Assembly (NCBI GenBank): GCA_012295275.1
Contig: CM022666.1
Span: 6,200,001-6,264,000 of the forward strand
Reading direction: 5' to 3'
DNA: 64,000 bases
From: Chrysomallon squamiferum
Taxonomy: Eukaryota; Animalia; Mollusca
This document shows positions 1 to 12,930 of this stretch, one piece after another (the stretch's first letter is position 1; each line of letters opens with the position of its first letter). Below the pieces are notes generated by a model. It was given only the letters and a program-made list of their open reading frames with translations. It ran no database searches and was not told the origin of the DNA. The position numbers were made by a program, and so were the translations under genes.

Positions 1-747
1 ATTTAGTATATTCTCGATTTAACAATTCAGTTAATGTAGTTCAAATACAGAAAACTTTAATCTGACGGATTAATTCCTTTAGGATTAATCGATATTCAGT
101 GTAAAGTGGATAATATACTGGGGTATTGCTAGATAGGCTGCTTATTTATTTATTTATTTATTTATATAAATATTTATTTATTTATTTATTTATTTTAACG
201 TAGCTATTGATAAAACACAGGCATATTTTTTTTTTTGCCTTCTTGATTAGGCATTACAGTGAAGAATGTCAAAATATTTTTCTATGAATTTTTTTTGGTC
301 GCTCAGTTTTAGATCGCTCATTTCGAAAGGCTGACAACAAACATATTCACCAGACAACAAACATATTCACCTCGTGATCTTTCTTGTTACGGGTGGACTT
401 CAACACGATCATTCTCTCGACATAAAGCAGTGATCCAGAAATACCAGCCATGTTGTCCAGTGCTCATATAAAATAGTATTTTTGTAAGCAACTTTATTTG
501 TGTGTGTGTGTGAGTGAGTGTTTAGTATTAAATAAACATTAAATTTATTTAAAAAGATTGTGGATATATCGTACACGCCTGTTATTCTATACTTATCAAC
601 CAGGATGTAAAGTATTACATGCCTACATTCAGTTCATTGGTTGTTTATTTCAGCAGATAAGGACTGCAAATATTAACACAAGTACCTTCAGAATACATAA
701 TCTATACATTAAACGTTTAGTGTTATTAGTCATATTTTTCTGTAGGT

Positions 748-789
748 TTGTGATCGAAGTTGGACATATTTACCGGGCTAAAAGATCAG
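748..789 (+). other. Candidate 5' non-coding exon end of the NHR-CARD gene (also ending at 33248, 41329, 47892)
   Basis: The block ...ggacatatttaccgggctaaaagatcag|gtgaga, with a good donor consensus, is conserved 0.6-1.2 kb upstream of exon A in four units. Its 5' boundary is unknown. Confidence 0.4.
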
Positions 790-954
790 GTGAGAAATTA
801 GAGAAGTCTTTTGTTTTTCACATGATTGCTAGTATCAATTCAGTTAATATAGTTCAAATACAGAAAACCTTAATCTGACGGATTAATTCCTTTAGGATTA
901 ATCGATATTCAGTGTAAAGTGGATAATATACTGGGGTATTGCTAGATAGGCTGC

Positions 955-1005
<51 letters not shown>

Positions 1006-1616
1006 TATAAATATTTATTTATTTTAACGTAGCTATTGATAAAACACAGGCATATTTTAACTTAGGTTCTTCTTGATTAGGCATTACAGTGAAGATTACC
1101 AAAATATTTTTCTATGAATTTAATGTTTGATATTAACTTTCTTTAGATCGCTCAGTTTCGAATTGGCTGACAACAAACATATTCACCAAAAATTATGAGC
1201 ACCACTGAGGTTATTTAGTGACCTCTGTTGTTATGTGTGCACCTGAACACGATCAGTCTCTTGATATAAAGCAGTGAAACGATTGTCCTAGAAAGAAAAC
1301 AAATAAACCACACCCAGTATCTAATCTGACCATTACGTGGCGTCGAGCATATTTATAGTTAAGAATGCAGATGAGAAATCTATGTTTATACCCGATGGGA
1401 TTTTAGTTATTTTATTCTGGTTGTTTGTTTGTTGTTTTTTGTTCTTTCTTTTGTTGGCGGTGATGTTGATGTTATTTGATTAGAAGGAAGGGACATTTTT
1501 TAATACACCTTCCCATAGACTACAACATATCTTTTTTTCTGATGAGCATGTTGAGTCCGGATTATTCATAATACATACGTACATATTGTTAATGTTCTTC
1601 TTTGTGCCTGTGCGTC

Positions 1617-1663
<47 letters not shown>

Positions 1664-1820
1664 GTGTGTGTGCGTGTGTGTGTGTGTGAGCGCGCGCGCG
1701 TGTGTTAGGGTTATTTATTATATTTTATTACTTTTTATTTTATTTCATTTTGTTTTATGTCTTATTTTATTTTTGCTTCTTTATTTATTATTTCGTTTTC
1801 TTTCTCACTGAGGACTCTCC

Positions 1821-2841
1821 ATGTCATCCGGAATGTTCTCAGATTGTCACGGACCTGACATTTCGCTGGATAAAGAAAAAGCTACGTGGAGGGAGACCAA
1901 CACGTCACGTAAACATATGAAATTGGTTTTACATCTGTATAATTGTGTGGACATACGTACACACATACATACAAACACACATTGATACATGAACACATAC
2001 ATACATACGCACACACTAACATACATACATACATAGATACATTGATACATGAAAACATACATACATAAACTGATACATGCATACAAACAAGCGTACACAC
2101 AGACCTAAAGCAGAGAGACAGAAAAACAGACGCATAAATATACTAATCACATTCAAGTAACAACTACGTAGTTATCGTTATACTACATTTATTTTCCCTG
2201 ATCTTTTCACTACTTAGACATGAAACGCACACACAGTCACACACACAGACAGGCATATACATCTACATGTGTCTTCTTGTTCTGAGCATTTTATTTATGT
2301 TTTGTAAGAAGCACTGGCATCCCAACTTTGTTGCACGCGGAATCCCTTGAGAAGAGATGAAACTTTGCTGTAACACATTTAAAACCATACTTTGATATAT
2401 ATATATATATCAAAGTATGGTTTTAAATGTGTTACAGTTAACACTGATGCCAAGGCCTGTCATGTTAGGGATTCAGAAATCTCATCCTTACCAGAAAGAC
2501 CTGCGAAGAAGCTGGTTGAACCAGAGAAACGAAATCTGTCTGATGTTTGTCCAGCTGAAAGCGAGAAACAGTCGCTGTTTGAGAGGTACATCCGGCCAAA
2601 GAACAAAGAGTTTGTTGAAACAATGGAGCCAGATGGCGTCCTTGATTATCTTTATCAAGAGAGGGTCGTTAACATTGAACAGAAAGAAGACATTAGAAGT
2701 GAACGTTGCCGGTCAAATAAAAACAGGAAAATCCTAGACATTATAGCACGCAATCCCAAAAGTGTTCAGAAATTCAAACAAGCTTTAATAAATACCAATC
2801 AGAAAGATCTGTCTGAGTTCATAACCTATGACGAGAACTAA
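1821..2841 (+). CDS. NHR-CARD family copy 1; probable short-leader + CARD product (163 aa if exon A splices to the CARD exon)
   Basis: Exon A 1821-1908 (MSSGMFSDCHGPDISLDKEKATWRETNTS, phase-1 donor). CARD exon 2438-2841 (phase-1 acceptor, open: FERYIRPKNKEFVETMEPDGVLDYLYQERVVNIEQKEDIRSE...RKILDIIARNPKSVQKFKQALINTNQKDLSEFI). Exon B starts at about 2309 but hits TAA at the start of a palindrome; exon C is absent. Confidence 0.7.
2368..2437. repeat. Perfect 70-bp palindrome ending at the CARD-exon acceptor
   Basis: ctgtaacacatttaaaaccatactttga-(TA)7-tcaaagtatggttttaaatgtgttacag. Confidence 0.95.
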
Positions 2842-3530
2842 ATAATTCAGACTGTGAAGTTTTACAAGCAAAATATTAATAATGAAGAATGTGAAACATC
2901 TTTTATAATATTAAGAAAAATATAGACTGAATTTCTGTGATAAAATATGAATAACGTGGATTGTGACTGTATTTGATTTTTCCAATAAATTTAGAGTCCT
3001 CACTTTAGCATGAACTTTGAAATAGCTGCTTAGCTAAAAAATTTAAGAATGAGTTATCTATTCAGATTTTTATATATGCAGGCTGTAAAATGTTACTATG
3101 CACCACTATATTAAAATATTTTATTATGTTCCATGATTATATAAAATAAAAGAATTCATTATTATTTAATTATCTTTTTCTGTCTTTTTCTTTTCCGTTT
3201 CATTTTGTTTTACTTTATGTTCTTGGTTACAAGATAATAATTTGGTTTGTGAGGATAAAAAATATTTGAAAATATTAAATGATAATAAAATGTTTTTAGT
3301 TTAAATGATAATATTTTACAATTATTATATTTGTGCATAAGATATCTTATTACTGATTTATTTTTAAATTACTGTCTTAATTATCTTAGAATTTTTTAAC
3401 AAAAAAACGAACAAAAGATTTCGTATTAGTGATAAATTATTAATGTTGTTGTTTTGTTTTATTTTGTTTTTCAATGTACGGTATCAATGCGCGAACAGTC
3501 TCAGTAGACGAGAGGTCAGCAAACTGGACA

Positions 3531-3657
3531 TTAGTGTGACCACTGCTTCTGCTTGACCTTGGTGGGCACTTGGTCTGTTTGGAGCGAAGGGTGGACGTCA
3601 GATTTCTCTGCAGCAAAAATGGCGGGTGTTTGTCCAAACTTGTGAGATACGGCAGAA
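3531..3657 (-). pseudogene. Orphan terminal-exon-like segment with an ankyrin-like motif (also 39647-39773 and 46204-46330)
   Basis: 127-nt segment after an AG acceptor, open to a stop in all three copies: SAVSHKFGQTPAIFAAEK..., SSVTNKFRQTPENFAAPE... and SAVTNKFGQTPASFAAEKSDVQPSLQRDQVPTEVSQKQWSH*. NxxGxTPxxxAA resembles the start of an ankyrin repeat. Confidence 0.45.
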
Positions 3658-3861
3658 CTATACATGAAGATAAAGAACACAAGTTGACGGTTTCACTAAA
3701 ATTAATAGAGAGCATTGGGAGACGGAGAGAGATTAAAAGAAGACCAGTAGCCACAAAACAAAACTGCAGTCACCGGTTAGGAAAAAAAATAAAAATAAAT
3801 AACAATAAAGAAACAAACAAATAAATCAGTAAAATAATTAATTTATTAAAATATATTTCAG

Positions 3862-4045
3862 GTCCTCTGTAAACTTGGTTTCGTTGAGGAATCAGAGACA
3901 CGACAGAAAGAACAAGTCTGGGAAAATCATTCACAAACTAAAACCTGGACGAACTTCCATCGATCACCAGTCTTCTACTGACGCTGGGTTTTCTTTTATT
4001 GTCTGTTGCAACAAGCTCTGTATCTTATATATTCTTTTCATAATA
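3862..4045 (+). pseudogene. MAO-like terminal exon copy, frameshifted
   Basis: After acceptor atatttcag|: VLCKLGFVEESETRQKEQ..., with a 7-nt deletion at about 3953 relative to the other two copies. Confidence 0.7.
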
Positions 4046-4849
4046 ATAACAACACCAACAGCAACGATAACCACTACTGTTGTGATGGACAAACAAGCAT
4101 AGTTTTTCCGTCGTTTTCAGACAGAAAATTTCTAATAAAGGGACGCAACCGCCTTGGGTTCGACCTTAGGAACATTTGACCCATTTGTTTGTTAGTACTG
4201 CAAAGTGTTTGTGACAAGCTATTTATATGTGTGTGAGTGATTATTTTATTAAAAATTTGTATTGGACTGTTATTTTAGTCTAAAATCTTAATCATTATAT
4301 TATATGTATATATTAATAAGAAAATTTATTTATTTATCAAAAAAAGGTCTGTTTTGTTTGTAAGTTTTACAGGGGAACAATAACGATATTTTACGATTTA
4401 CAATTAACCCTTCCAATTGCCAAAAGAAATTATTATTATTGTTGTTGCTACTGTTATCATCAATATCATCTTGGTCATCATCAACATCATCATCATTATA
4501 ATTATTATTATTGAGACATTGACAGACAACAGTATTCAGTTAACAAATTTTCAAAGCTGTAACTAGACTGTGTTTAAAAGGCGAGTGGAGCTGGGCAGCA
4601 CCATTTGTACGAGTGATCTGGGAGCCGTCTAGGGACTCCAGAAGCTTCGACTCCAAACAGTAATCGTAGACACAAACGAATTCACTCAGTGCATATCGTT
4701 TCTTTCGGAATAGAGATTTATATTTTATATGTTTTAAGTAAAACCTTTGAGTCAAAAAAATAAAAAAATAAAAAAATAAAAAAATAAAAAGCAGAAAAGA
4801 ATAAGAAGTTATAAAACATCTGATTTTAATTTTGAGTGTTACCTTCTAC

Positions 4850-5535
4850 ATGTTACTACTGATATTAACATTTTACTTACTTCATGTTAATAGTGGTATC
4901 ATCACTTTTTCCTCAATGTTACCTCTGTTAACATTTTTACTTACTACATCATTCTATTCCTACTGGCATTCTTACTTATTACATGTTGCTACTGGAAGTA
5001 CAGTTTATATTTACTACATGTTACTACTAGCATTCATATTATTACTTACTGCTTGATACTATTAGTATTCACGTTATTACATTCTACATGTTACTGCTGA
5101 TACTAACATTATTATTTCCAACATGTTATTACTGATACTAACATTATTATTTACAACATGTTACTACAGATATTAAACATTATTACATTCTACATGTTAG
5201 TACTGTTATTAACATTATTATCTACAACATGATACTACTGATATCAACGTTATTACTTTCTCTACACGATACCACTGATATTAACATTTTATTTCTACAT
5301 GCTAGTACTGTTATTAACATTATTACTTTCTACATGTTAGTACTGGTATTAACATTATTACTAACAACATGTTACTACTGATATTAACATTATTACGTTC
5401 TACATGTTAATTGTTATTAACATTATTACAATAACATGTTACTACTGATATTAACATTACTACGTTCTACATAATAATACTGTTATTAACATTATCAGGT
5501 TCTACATGTTAGTTACTGTTGTTAACAATATTATA
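4850..5535. repeat. Degenerate ~30-35 bp minisatellite (catgttactactgatattaacattattactttcta-like)
   Basis: Many degenerate tandem units. Related arrays lie at about 9150-9560, 15440-15820, 17110-17530, 20050-20470, 25460-25880 and 26760-27230, and inverted at 6690-7000. Confidence 0.85.
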
Positions 5536-5998
5536 TTTCCAGACATTTTCTATACGCAGTGTTTTGTTAGTTTCAATTTTACCTATATTCTTCAACAAAC
5601 TTATTTCACTTGAAGCATTTTAGAATATTGCTAAAGATTTTCTGTTTCCCTTTCTTTTAATATCACCAAAAAGCACAATAGACCGAGTAATCACATAATA
5701 GTGGCAAAACACGGTTGAAACAGTCACAGCTGAAAAATGCCAGAGGTTCAGTAGAGGTACAGGTTCAATATGCGTACCCCCTACTGTTATTATCATTAAT
5801 ACTTTCAGTGGATGTTGCTGCATCACTACTGATACCAATTACTGTTTTATTTCCATTTCTGTTTCTTCTACTACTTCGTTTACTACTAATACTACTAAGA
5901 AGAATACAATCATTTATTATACTCCGTTTTCGACGGGGAAAAGATTTTGTTTTTAAAAACATAAAGTAATAGATTATAAACATCACTAAAACTTTATT

Positions 5999-6134
5999 TC
6001 AGTTGCAATGAATTTCAGCCATAAATGTTATGACAGTGGTACTGTCCATAGTTGACACAGACACATTCGAACGAATACCAGGTTCTGTGGCTTTTTGTAC
6101 CCAACCTTGAGACATGCATGATCGATATAACAAC
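5999..6134 (-). pseudogene. Inverted divergent terminal exon of the secreted Cys-rich family, abutting the gap
   Basis: After acceptor tcag|gt it reads GCYIDHACLKVGYK. Removing one A from an A5 run continues SHRTWYSFECVCVNYGQYHCHNIYG*. AATAAA follows. The 3' flank (about 5690-5860) is the reverse complement of about 30930-31100. Confidence 0.75.
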
Positions 6135-6138
6135 CTGA

Positions 6139-6338
6139 NNNNNNNNNNNNNNNNNNNNNNNNNNNNNNNNNNNNNNNNNNNNNNNNNNNNNNNNNNNNNN
6201 NNNNNNNNNNNNNNNNNNNNNNNNNNNNNNNNNNNNNNNNNNNNNNNNNNNNNNNNNNNNNNNNNNNNNNNNNNNNNNNNNNNNNNNNNNNNNNNNNNNN
6301 NNNNNNNNNNNNNNNNNNNNNNNNNNNNNNNNNNNNNN
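6139..6338. other. Assembly gap (200 N)
   Basis: Run of N; the round length suggests a placeholder scaffold gap. Confidence 0.99.
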
Positions 6339-8169
6339 TGGCTGGAGTTATAGACTTTATCGACTCCTGATCCTTCAATGTGGCACATATCGAAGAACTA
6401 CTAAGTCCTTTGCACTCACTTTCTTAGGATCCATGGCCACAACAAAGAAATTAGCAAAATACTACACAACACAACAGAGATGCTTCCGCGGCGAGGAAAC
6501 CACGTGAAGTAAACGAATGAGACGGGGTATTCTGGCCAACTACCGCCGACGTAACTGAAGCTCGCTCGGAACTCGGATTCTGCTTCGAAACTCAAAGCAA
6601 AAACTCGACCGGGCAGCTGCTGGTAACTCGAAAAACTCGTAAGTTGATACACTCGTAATTCGAGGTACCACTGTATCAGTATTTACATGTCTTAAGTAAA
6701 AATGTTAATACTAATGATAAAATGGAGTAACTAAAACTGTTATTACCAGTAGTAACTTTTAGTAAAAATGGTAATTTTAGTATTAACCTGCAGTAAATTA
6801 AAAGATAAATTTCAGTATTAATATATCGTAAGGAAAAATATTAGTACTATCAATAACAAGTTGTAAATTTACAAGTAAATATCAGATATGTCGTAGGTAA
6901 AAATGTTAATATTACTAGTAATATGTAGTTAGTAAATATATTAGTACTACAATTAACATATAGTAAAAATGTTAATACTAGTTGTAACATTAAAATGTAA
7001 ATAAAGATGGTAACATATCGTGTGTAAAAATGTTCATACCAGCAGCAACACGAAGTAGATCAAAATTCTTATTACTAGTAATAGTAGTAACAATAATGAG
7101 TTTTTAATAGTCGTATAAAATGTAGTGAGTAAAACGTTAATAGTATTTGCAACGTTACAACGTGAAATGTTAATTCAACTGGTAAGAAGTGAGTAGTATA
7201 AAGCATCTTACATTAATTCTGTTCACAAAAATATCAGAGTATTATACTTTACCACGTATATTGTAATATCTTTCCAGCAACAAAACTACTCTGTTAATAC
7301 AGCGTTAATAAATATAAGTACTGGATGTTATGAATAATATATAAGTTTAAATTAAGGTATAAAATATTTCACATTAGTTCTCTTCTAACAAGTAATATAA
7401 AACTTTACGAGTAGTGCTGTAAAATCTTTCGAAATGATATCAAACATATTCTTCAAAAATAAATGGTACAGTTTTATTTATCTGTGTATGATTCATTGAT
7501 TATAAAACAGTATAACGAGTTTAAGTTTTACATATTATGACAATGAACATGAAATTTATGTCATTACTGCATTTTATGATAATAGATAAACTGTGCATGT
7601 ATCTGTCTGTGTGTGCGTGTGTGTGAGTGTGTGTGTGTGCGTGTGTGATGACTAAGGTAGCAGAGGCAAAGCTGTAGTATCAGCACCATATCTGAACAGT
7701 AGTATTTGTATTAATGATAATAATAGTAGTTCTAGTAGCAGTAGTAGCACGCTAATAGAAGCAGCAGCGAATTCTAGGAACCCTACAACTGAAAGAAACA
7801 GATAATCAAATTCTAGGAATGTTAGTTGTAGGAGTAGCAGCAGTAGAGTAGTTATACTAATATAATAGTAGTATGCACAAATAAGGAGTAGTAGAAGATT
7901 AGTGGTTGTGGAACACTAGTAGCATAGACGTACAGCTGGATTAGTAAAAATATTATGTAGTACTACAAGTATTTGAAGGTATAGAAATAGTAATAGCAGC
8001 AGTAACAGAACTGTAATACCACTGGTAGTAATAAGCGCTGATCTGTTGTAGTAATTCTGCAGTACTAGCAGTGTAACCACTGTTGTAGCAGAAATAGTAG
8101 CCTTAATAGTACTTGTACTTTTACTTTAGCATCATTAGCTGAAATAGCAGGCAGATAGTAATAGAGGAA

Positions 8170-8395
8170 TCGTAGTAATAGTAGTAATAGTAATAGTAGT
8201 AATAGTAGTAGTAGTAATCGTAGTAGTAGTAATAGTAGTAGTAGTAGTAATAGTAATAGTAGTAGTAATAGTAGTAATAGTAATAGTAGTAGTAGTAGTA
8301 GTAGTAATAGTAGTAGTAGTAGTAGTAATCGTAGTAGTAGTAATAGTAGTAGTAGTAGTAATAGTAATAGTAGTAGTAGTAGTAGTAGTAATAGC
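8170..8395. repeat. (TAG/TAA)n trinucleotide microsatellite
   Basis: Direct inspection; it produces the spurious poly-Leu ORF. Confidence 0.95.
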
Positions 8396-10939
8396 ACCGG
8401 CAGCAGACGTAGCAGTAGCAGCTATTTTAGCAGTCCACTGCTAGTAGTAGAAGTACAGTAGTAGCAGTAGAGCATTGATGGTGGTACTAGTATTAGAACG
8501 ACAAATGCAGTAGTAGTAATTGTAATAATAAGACTAGTAGTAGCAGCAGTAGTAGTGATAGTACTAGTAGTAGTAGTAGTAGCAGAAAAAGAAGAGTGGT
8601 AATAGTATTTGATATTTCTTCTAACGGATCTGGTCACTTTCTGAGACAAATGTATGTCTTCAGAATGTTGCTTGGATAAAATGGTCCCAATTAAAATTTG
8701 TAATCATTCTTTATTGTTAAACCCAGAAACTGAAGCAAAGCTGGAACTTGTACATTAGTGATCGCTCGCGCACACGCACACCAACAGAGAGAGAGATAGA
8801 TGCATAACATATGCAGAATCATATATATGTATATACGCATTTAAGCGCACCTCAAGTGCAATTTTTATATATCACATTATAAAATTAGATATTTATTTTC
8901 ATAATGTGTGATATTTAAACTCGTTATTCTGCTTTATATTCAATGAATTAACATTTCATCCGACTTGAATTAACATTTCACATTGTAACGTTGCAAATAC
9001 TATTAACGTTCTACTCACTACATTTTATACGACTACTGATAACTCTACCTCCTTCTTGTTACTACTAGTACTAGTACTAAGAATTTTACTTGCTTCGTGC
9101 TGCTGCTGGTATGAACATTTTTACACACAATATGTCACCACCTTTATTTATATTTTAATGTTACAACTAGTACTAACATTTTTACTATATGTTACTACTA
9201 GTACTAACATTTTTACTTACTACATGTTACTACTAATATTAACATTATTACCTTCGACATATATATTTACTCGTAAATTTACTTTATGTTACTAATAACA
9301 CTTTTACTAGATATTAGTACTAGTACTAACATTTTTACTTACCACATGTTACTACTAATATTAACATTATTACCTTCGACATATCGATAATGATATTTAC
9401 TACTGCATTTACTATACGTTACTAATAGTATTAACACTTTTACTCTATATTGCTTCTGGTACCAGTATTTTTACTTACGATAAATTACTACTGAAATTTA
9501 TATTTTGATCTACTGCAGGTTAATACTAACATTACCATTTTTACTAAAAGTTACTACTGGTATTAACAGTCATAGTTACTCCATGTTATTATTAGTATTA
9601 GTATTTTTGCTTATGCAAATACTGATGCAATCGTACCTCGATTTACGAGTGCCCCAACTTATGAGTTTTATTAGTTTCGAACAGCCGCTTTGAGTTGCGA
9701 GCCAACATCCGAGTTACGAGCGGGCTTCGCTTATGCCGCCGCTAGTTGGCCGGAATCCCGCGTCTCACTCGTTTACTTAACGTGGTTACCTCGTCGGGCC
9801 ATGGATCCTGAGTGAAAAGGACAGTGCTGAGAAGAAGAAACGGAATATTTCAATTTAATTAAAGCTCGAATTCATAGAAAAACATGAGCGAGGTGTGCAT
9901 GTAGTCGATTTGGCTACTTTATATTTGTAGTTTATAAATACATATTTATTATTTAAAAGCACATTACATAACAAAGAAAAAAATGATCGCTCGCGCGCAC
10001 ACAGACACACCCACAGAGATAGAGATAGATGCATAACATATACAGAATCATACATATGTATGTACGCATTTAACGTTCACATCAAATGCAATTTTATGTA
10101 TCATATTATAAAATTTGATCTTTATTTTCATAATGTGTGATATTTAAACTCGTTCTTCTGCTTTATAGTCAATGAATTATGCAAAGATTAATAAAACTGT
10201 ACCATTTATTTTCAAAGAACACGAGTGATACATATATCACTTGGAAAGACATATATCACTGCATACCTCGTGAAATGTCATATTCTAATACTTGTCAGAA
10301 TAGAACTACTGTAAAAATATTTTATAACATTTCAATTAGTACCAATATTTTATATATATTCAAAACATCGAGTTACTTATATTTATTAACGCTGTATTAA
10401 CTAACAGTAGTTTTGTTGCTGGAAAGATACTACAACATACGTGGTAGTTTCTCTATATAATACTCTGATTGTTTTGAGAATATAATTAATGTAAGATATT
10501 TTATACTACTCACTTCTTACCAGTTGAATTAACATTTCACATTGTAACGTTGCAAATACTATTAACGTTCTACTCACTACATTTTATACGACTACTAATA
10601 ACTCTACCTCCTTCTTGTTACTACTAGTACTAGTACTAAGAATTTTACTTGCTTCGTGCAGATGCTAACTGGTATGAACATTTTTTAAACACGATATGTC
10701 ACCACAATTTTATTATTTATTTATATTTAAAATTTGTTTGTTACAGCTAATACTAACATTTTTACTATATGTTACTACTAGTACCAATATTTTCACTTAC
10801 GATAAATTAATACTGAAATTTATATTTTGATTCACTGCAGGTTAATACTAACATTACCATTTTTACTACTGCTATTAACAGTCTTAGTTACTCCATGTTA
10901 TTATTAGTATTCATAGTTTTGCTTATGCAAATACTGATG

Positions 10940-11491
10940 CAATGGTACCTCTATTTACGAGTGCCCCAACTTATGAGTTTTATTAGTTACGAACAGCCGC
11001 TTTGAGTTGCGAGCCAAAATCCGAGTTACAAGCGTGCTTCAGTTACGCCGCTGCTAGTTGGCCAGAATCCCGCGTCTCACTCGTTTACTTCATGTGGTTA
11101 CCTCGTCGCGGAAGGATCTCTGTTGTTTTGTGCTCGCGTTTTGTGCAATATTTTGCCAAATTTCTGCCCATGGATCCTGAGTGAAAAGGACAGTGCTGAG
11201 AAGAAGAAACGGAATATTTCCATTTAATTAAAGCTCGAATTCGTAGAAAAACATGAGCGAGGTGTGCATGTAGTCCATATGGCTGCTTTATATTTGTAGT
11301 TGATAAAGACATATTTATTATTTGAAAGCACATTACATAAGAAAGGAAAAAAAAGTGGTTTTGGGGGGGACTGGATCGGATTAATCGTATTTCAGTTAAT
11401 TTCACTTGGGACAATTCATTTGATATACTGTCAAATTGAGATGCGAGCTCGGTCACGGAACAACTTAAACTCGTAAGTCAGGGGACCACTG
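10940..11491 (+). mobile_element. Non-autonomous Tigger/pogo-like DNA transposon (about 550 bp)
   Basis: Imperfect TIRs (caatggtacctc..ttacgagt / actcgtaagtca.gg.accactg) with TA on the right flank. An internal relic of a CENP-B-type HTH transposase N-terminus is clearest in the 27.4 kb copy (KDSAEKKKRMISIELKLEFIEKHERGVHVVDLA). Confidence 0.8.
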
Positions 11492-11582
11492 TATTTATAT
11501 TTCATTTACTATAGGTTAGTACTGGTATTAATATTTTCACTTAATCTTGTCGATTACAAATATTTATAGTCAACAGTTCAAC

Positions 11583-11845
11583 ATGTCGGCAGTAATTTTC
11601 CTTCTGATTATGGTTATGTCGTTCCAACACGTGCTATCAAAAGGAGTTGTATACGATTCACATAAGGAAAGTACGTCATGATTTTCGTTACGGAATGTGT
11701 TCTATTCTTAACATCACTTTCAATTTATGTCACATTTAAATAATATCTTTATCGGGTATTGCAAAGAAAATAATAAAGAAAAAACAATAAATAAATAAAT
11801 AAATAACAATATTAATAAAAATAATAATAATAATGATGATGGTGA

Positions 11846-11897
<52 letters not shown>

Positions 11898-12845
11898 AAT
11901 AATAATAATAATATCAAATAGCAAGTCAAATGTTTTATACAGAAATAGACTACAGACATTCAGTTTACTAAGTTCACGTTTTGGCAGATTTACAAGAAAG
12001 AGTTAGACAGATACACGCAAAGTCTGACACATAGATCAAAGAAATATATGTATTTTTTAGCGTTTAGAGGTGTATACAAGACATCAACTAAACAGTGTGA
12101 GACAAAGTGGGGTAAAGTAAAAGTAGGAGAAAACATCCATCAGTTCTTATATCACGGTTACACGACACTTAAATGCGTTGAGGGTGGTTTCAAAATCGAT
12201 CAACAAACTTCATGTAAGTAATTCATGTTGTTAAAAGCAATTCTTTGTTTTATTGTAGATGTTCCAAATTAAGAAAATACTTAAGCAAACAGTGAAAAAT
12301 ACAGGTACCGGACCAATTATCCGGACTCCTTTGTGGCCTGAGGCATTCCGTATTTCAGGATTTTCCGGTTTTCTGCTACCAAGGCATCTAAATAAGAAAA
12401 TAATTAGGCATAAACATCTTTTATAATTGAAAACATGAAGAAAATCGATAAACACAACTATGGTTACTCGACACGTAAACAATGCGGCGAGTGAATGAAC
12501 GCCACACGGCTTGAAAGAGAAGTTCCGTTCGGGTGAGAACATAGCGTCGGGAAAACACTTCCGGTTTTCTGGTCTTTCCGGATTTCCGGACGCCGGATAA
12601 TTGGTCCGGTACCTGTAACTCGTATTAAAATAGCGTTAAAATTCTTGCAAAGATGAAGAGGTAAGTCGGAAGGAACTGTGGAACAAAGAGTCATCATAAT
12701 CTGATGATTGACAAAGACAAGTCTCAGTGGCTCAGAAAACAGAAACATGTTTATATTTGTTACTCAGCATCATTTAAATGCTTGGCAGTTAACAACACAT
12801 CTCAATAGCTAGTAAAATGGATTAAAACACAATAAAAAATGGGTT

Positions 12846-12930
<85 letters not shown>

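Noticed and set aside
558-878. 106-aa ORF repeated at 33017
   Set aside because: TTG start, broken in other unit copies, no recognisable domain; it runs through a candidate splice donor.
4850-5535. Regular ~33-bp repeats as a CRISPR array
   Set aside because: Contiguous degenerate units without unique spacers, no cas genes, eukaryotic context.
8065-8649. Poly-Leu and Thr-rich ORFs
   Set aside because: Products of (TAG)n-type simple repeats.
11988-12060. Upstream acceptor giving a longer open exon 2 (IYKKELDRYTQSL...)
   Set aside because: It is phase 0, whereas the best exon-1 donor is phase 1; joining them hits TAG. The 12061 acceptor fits.
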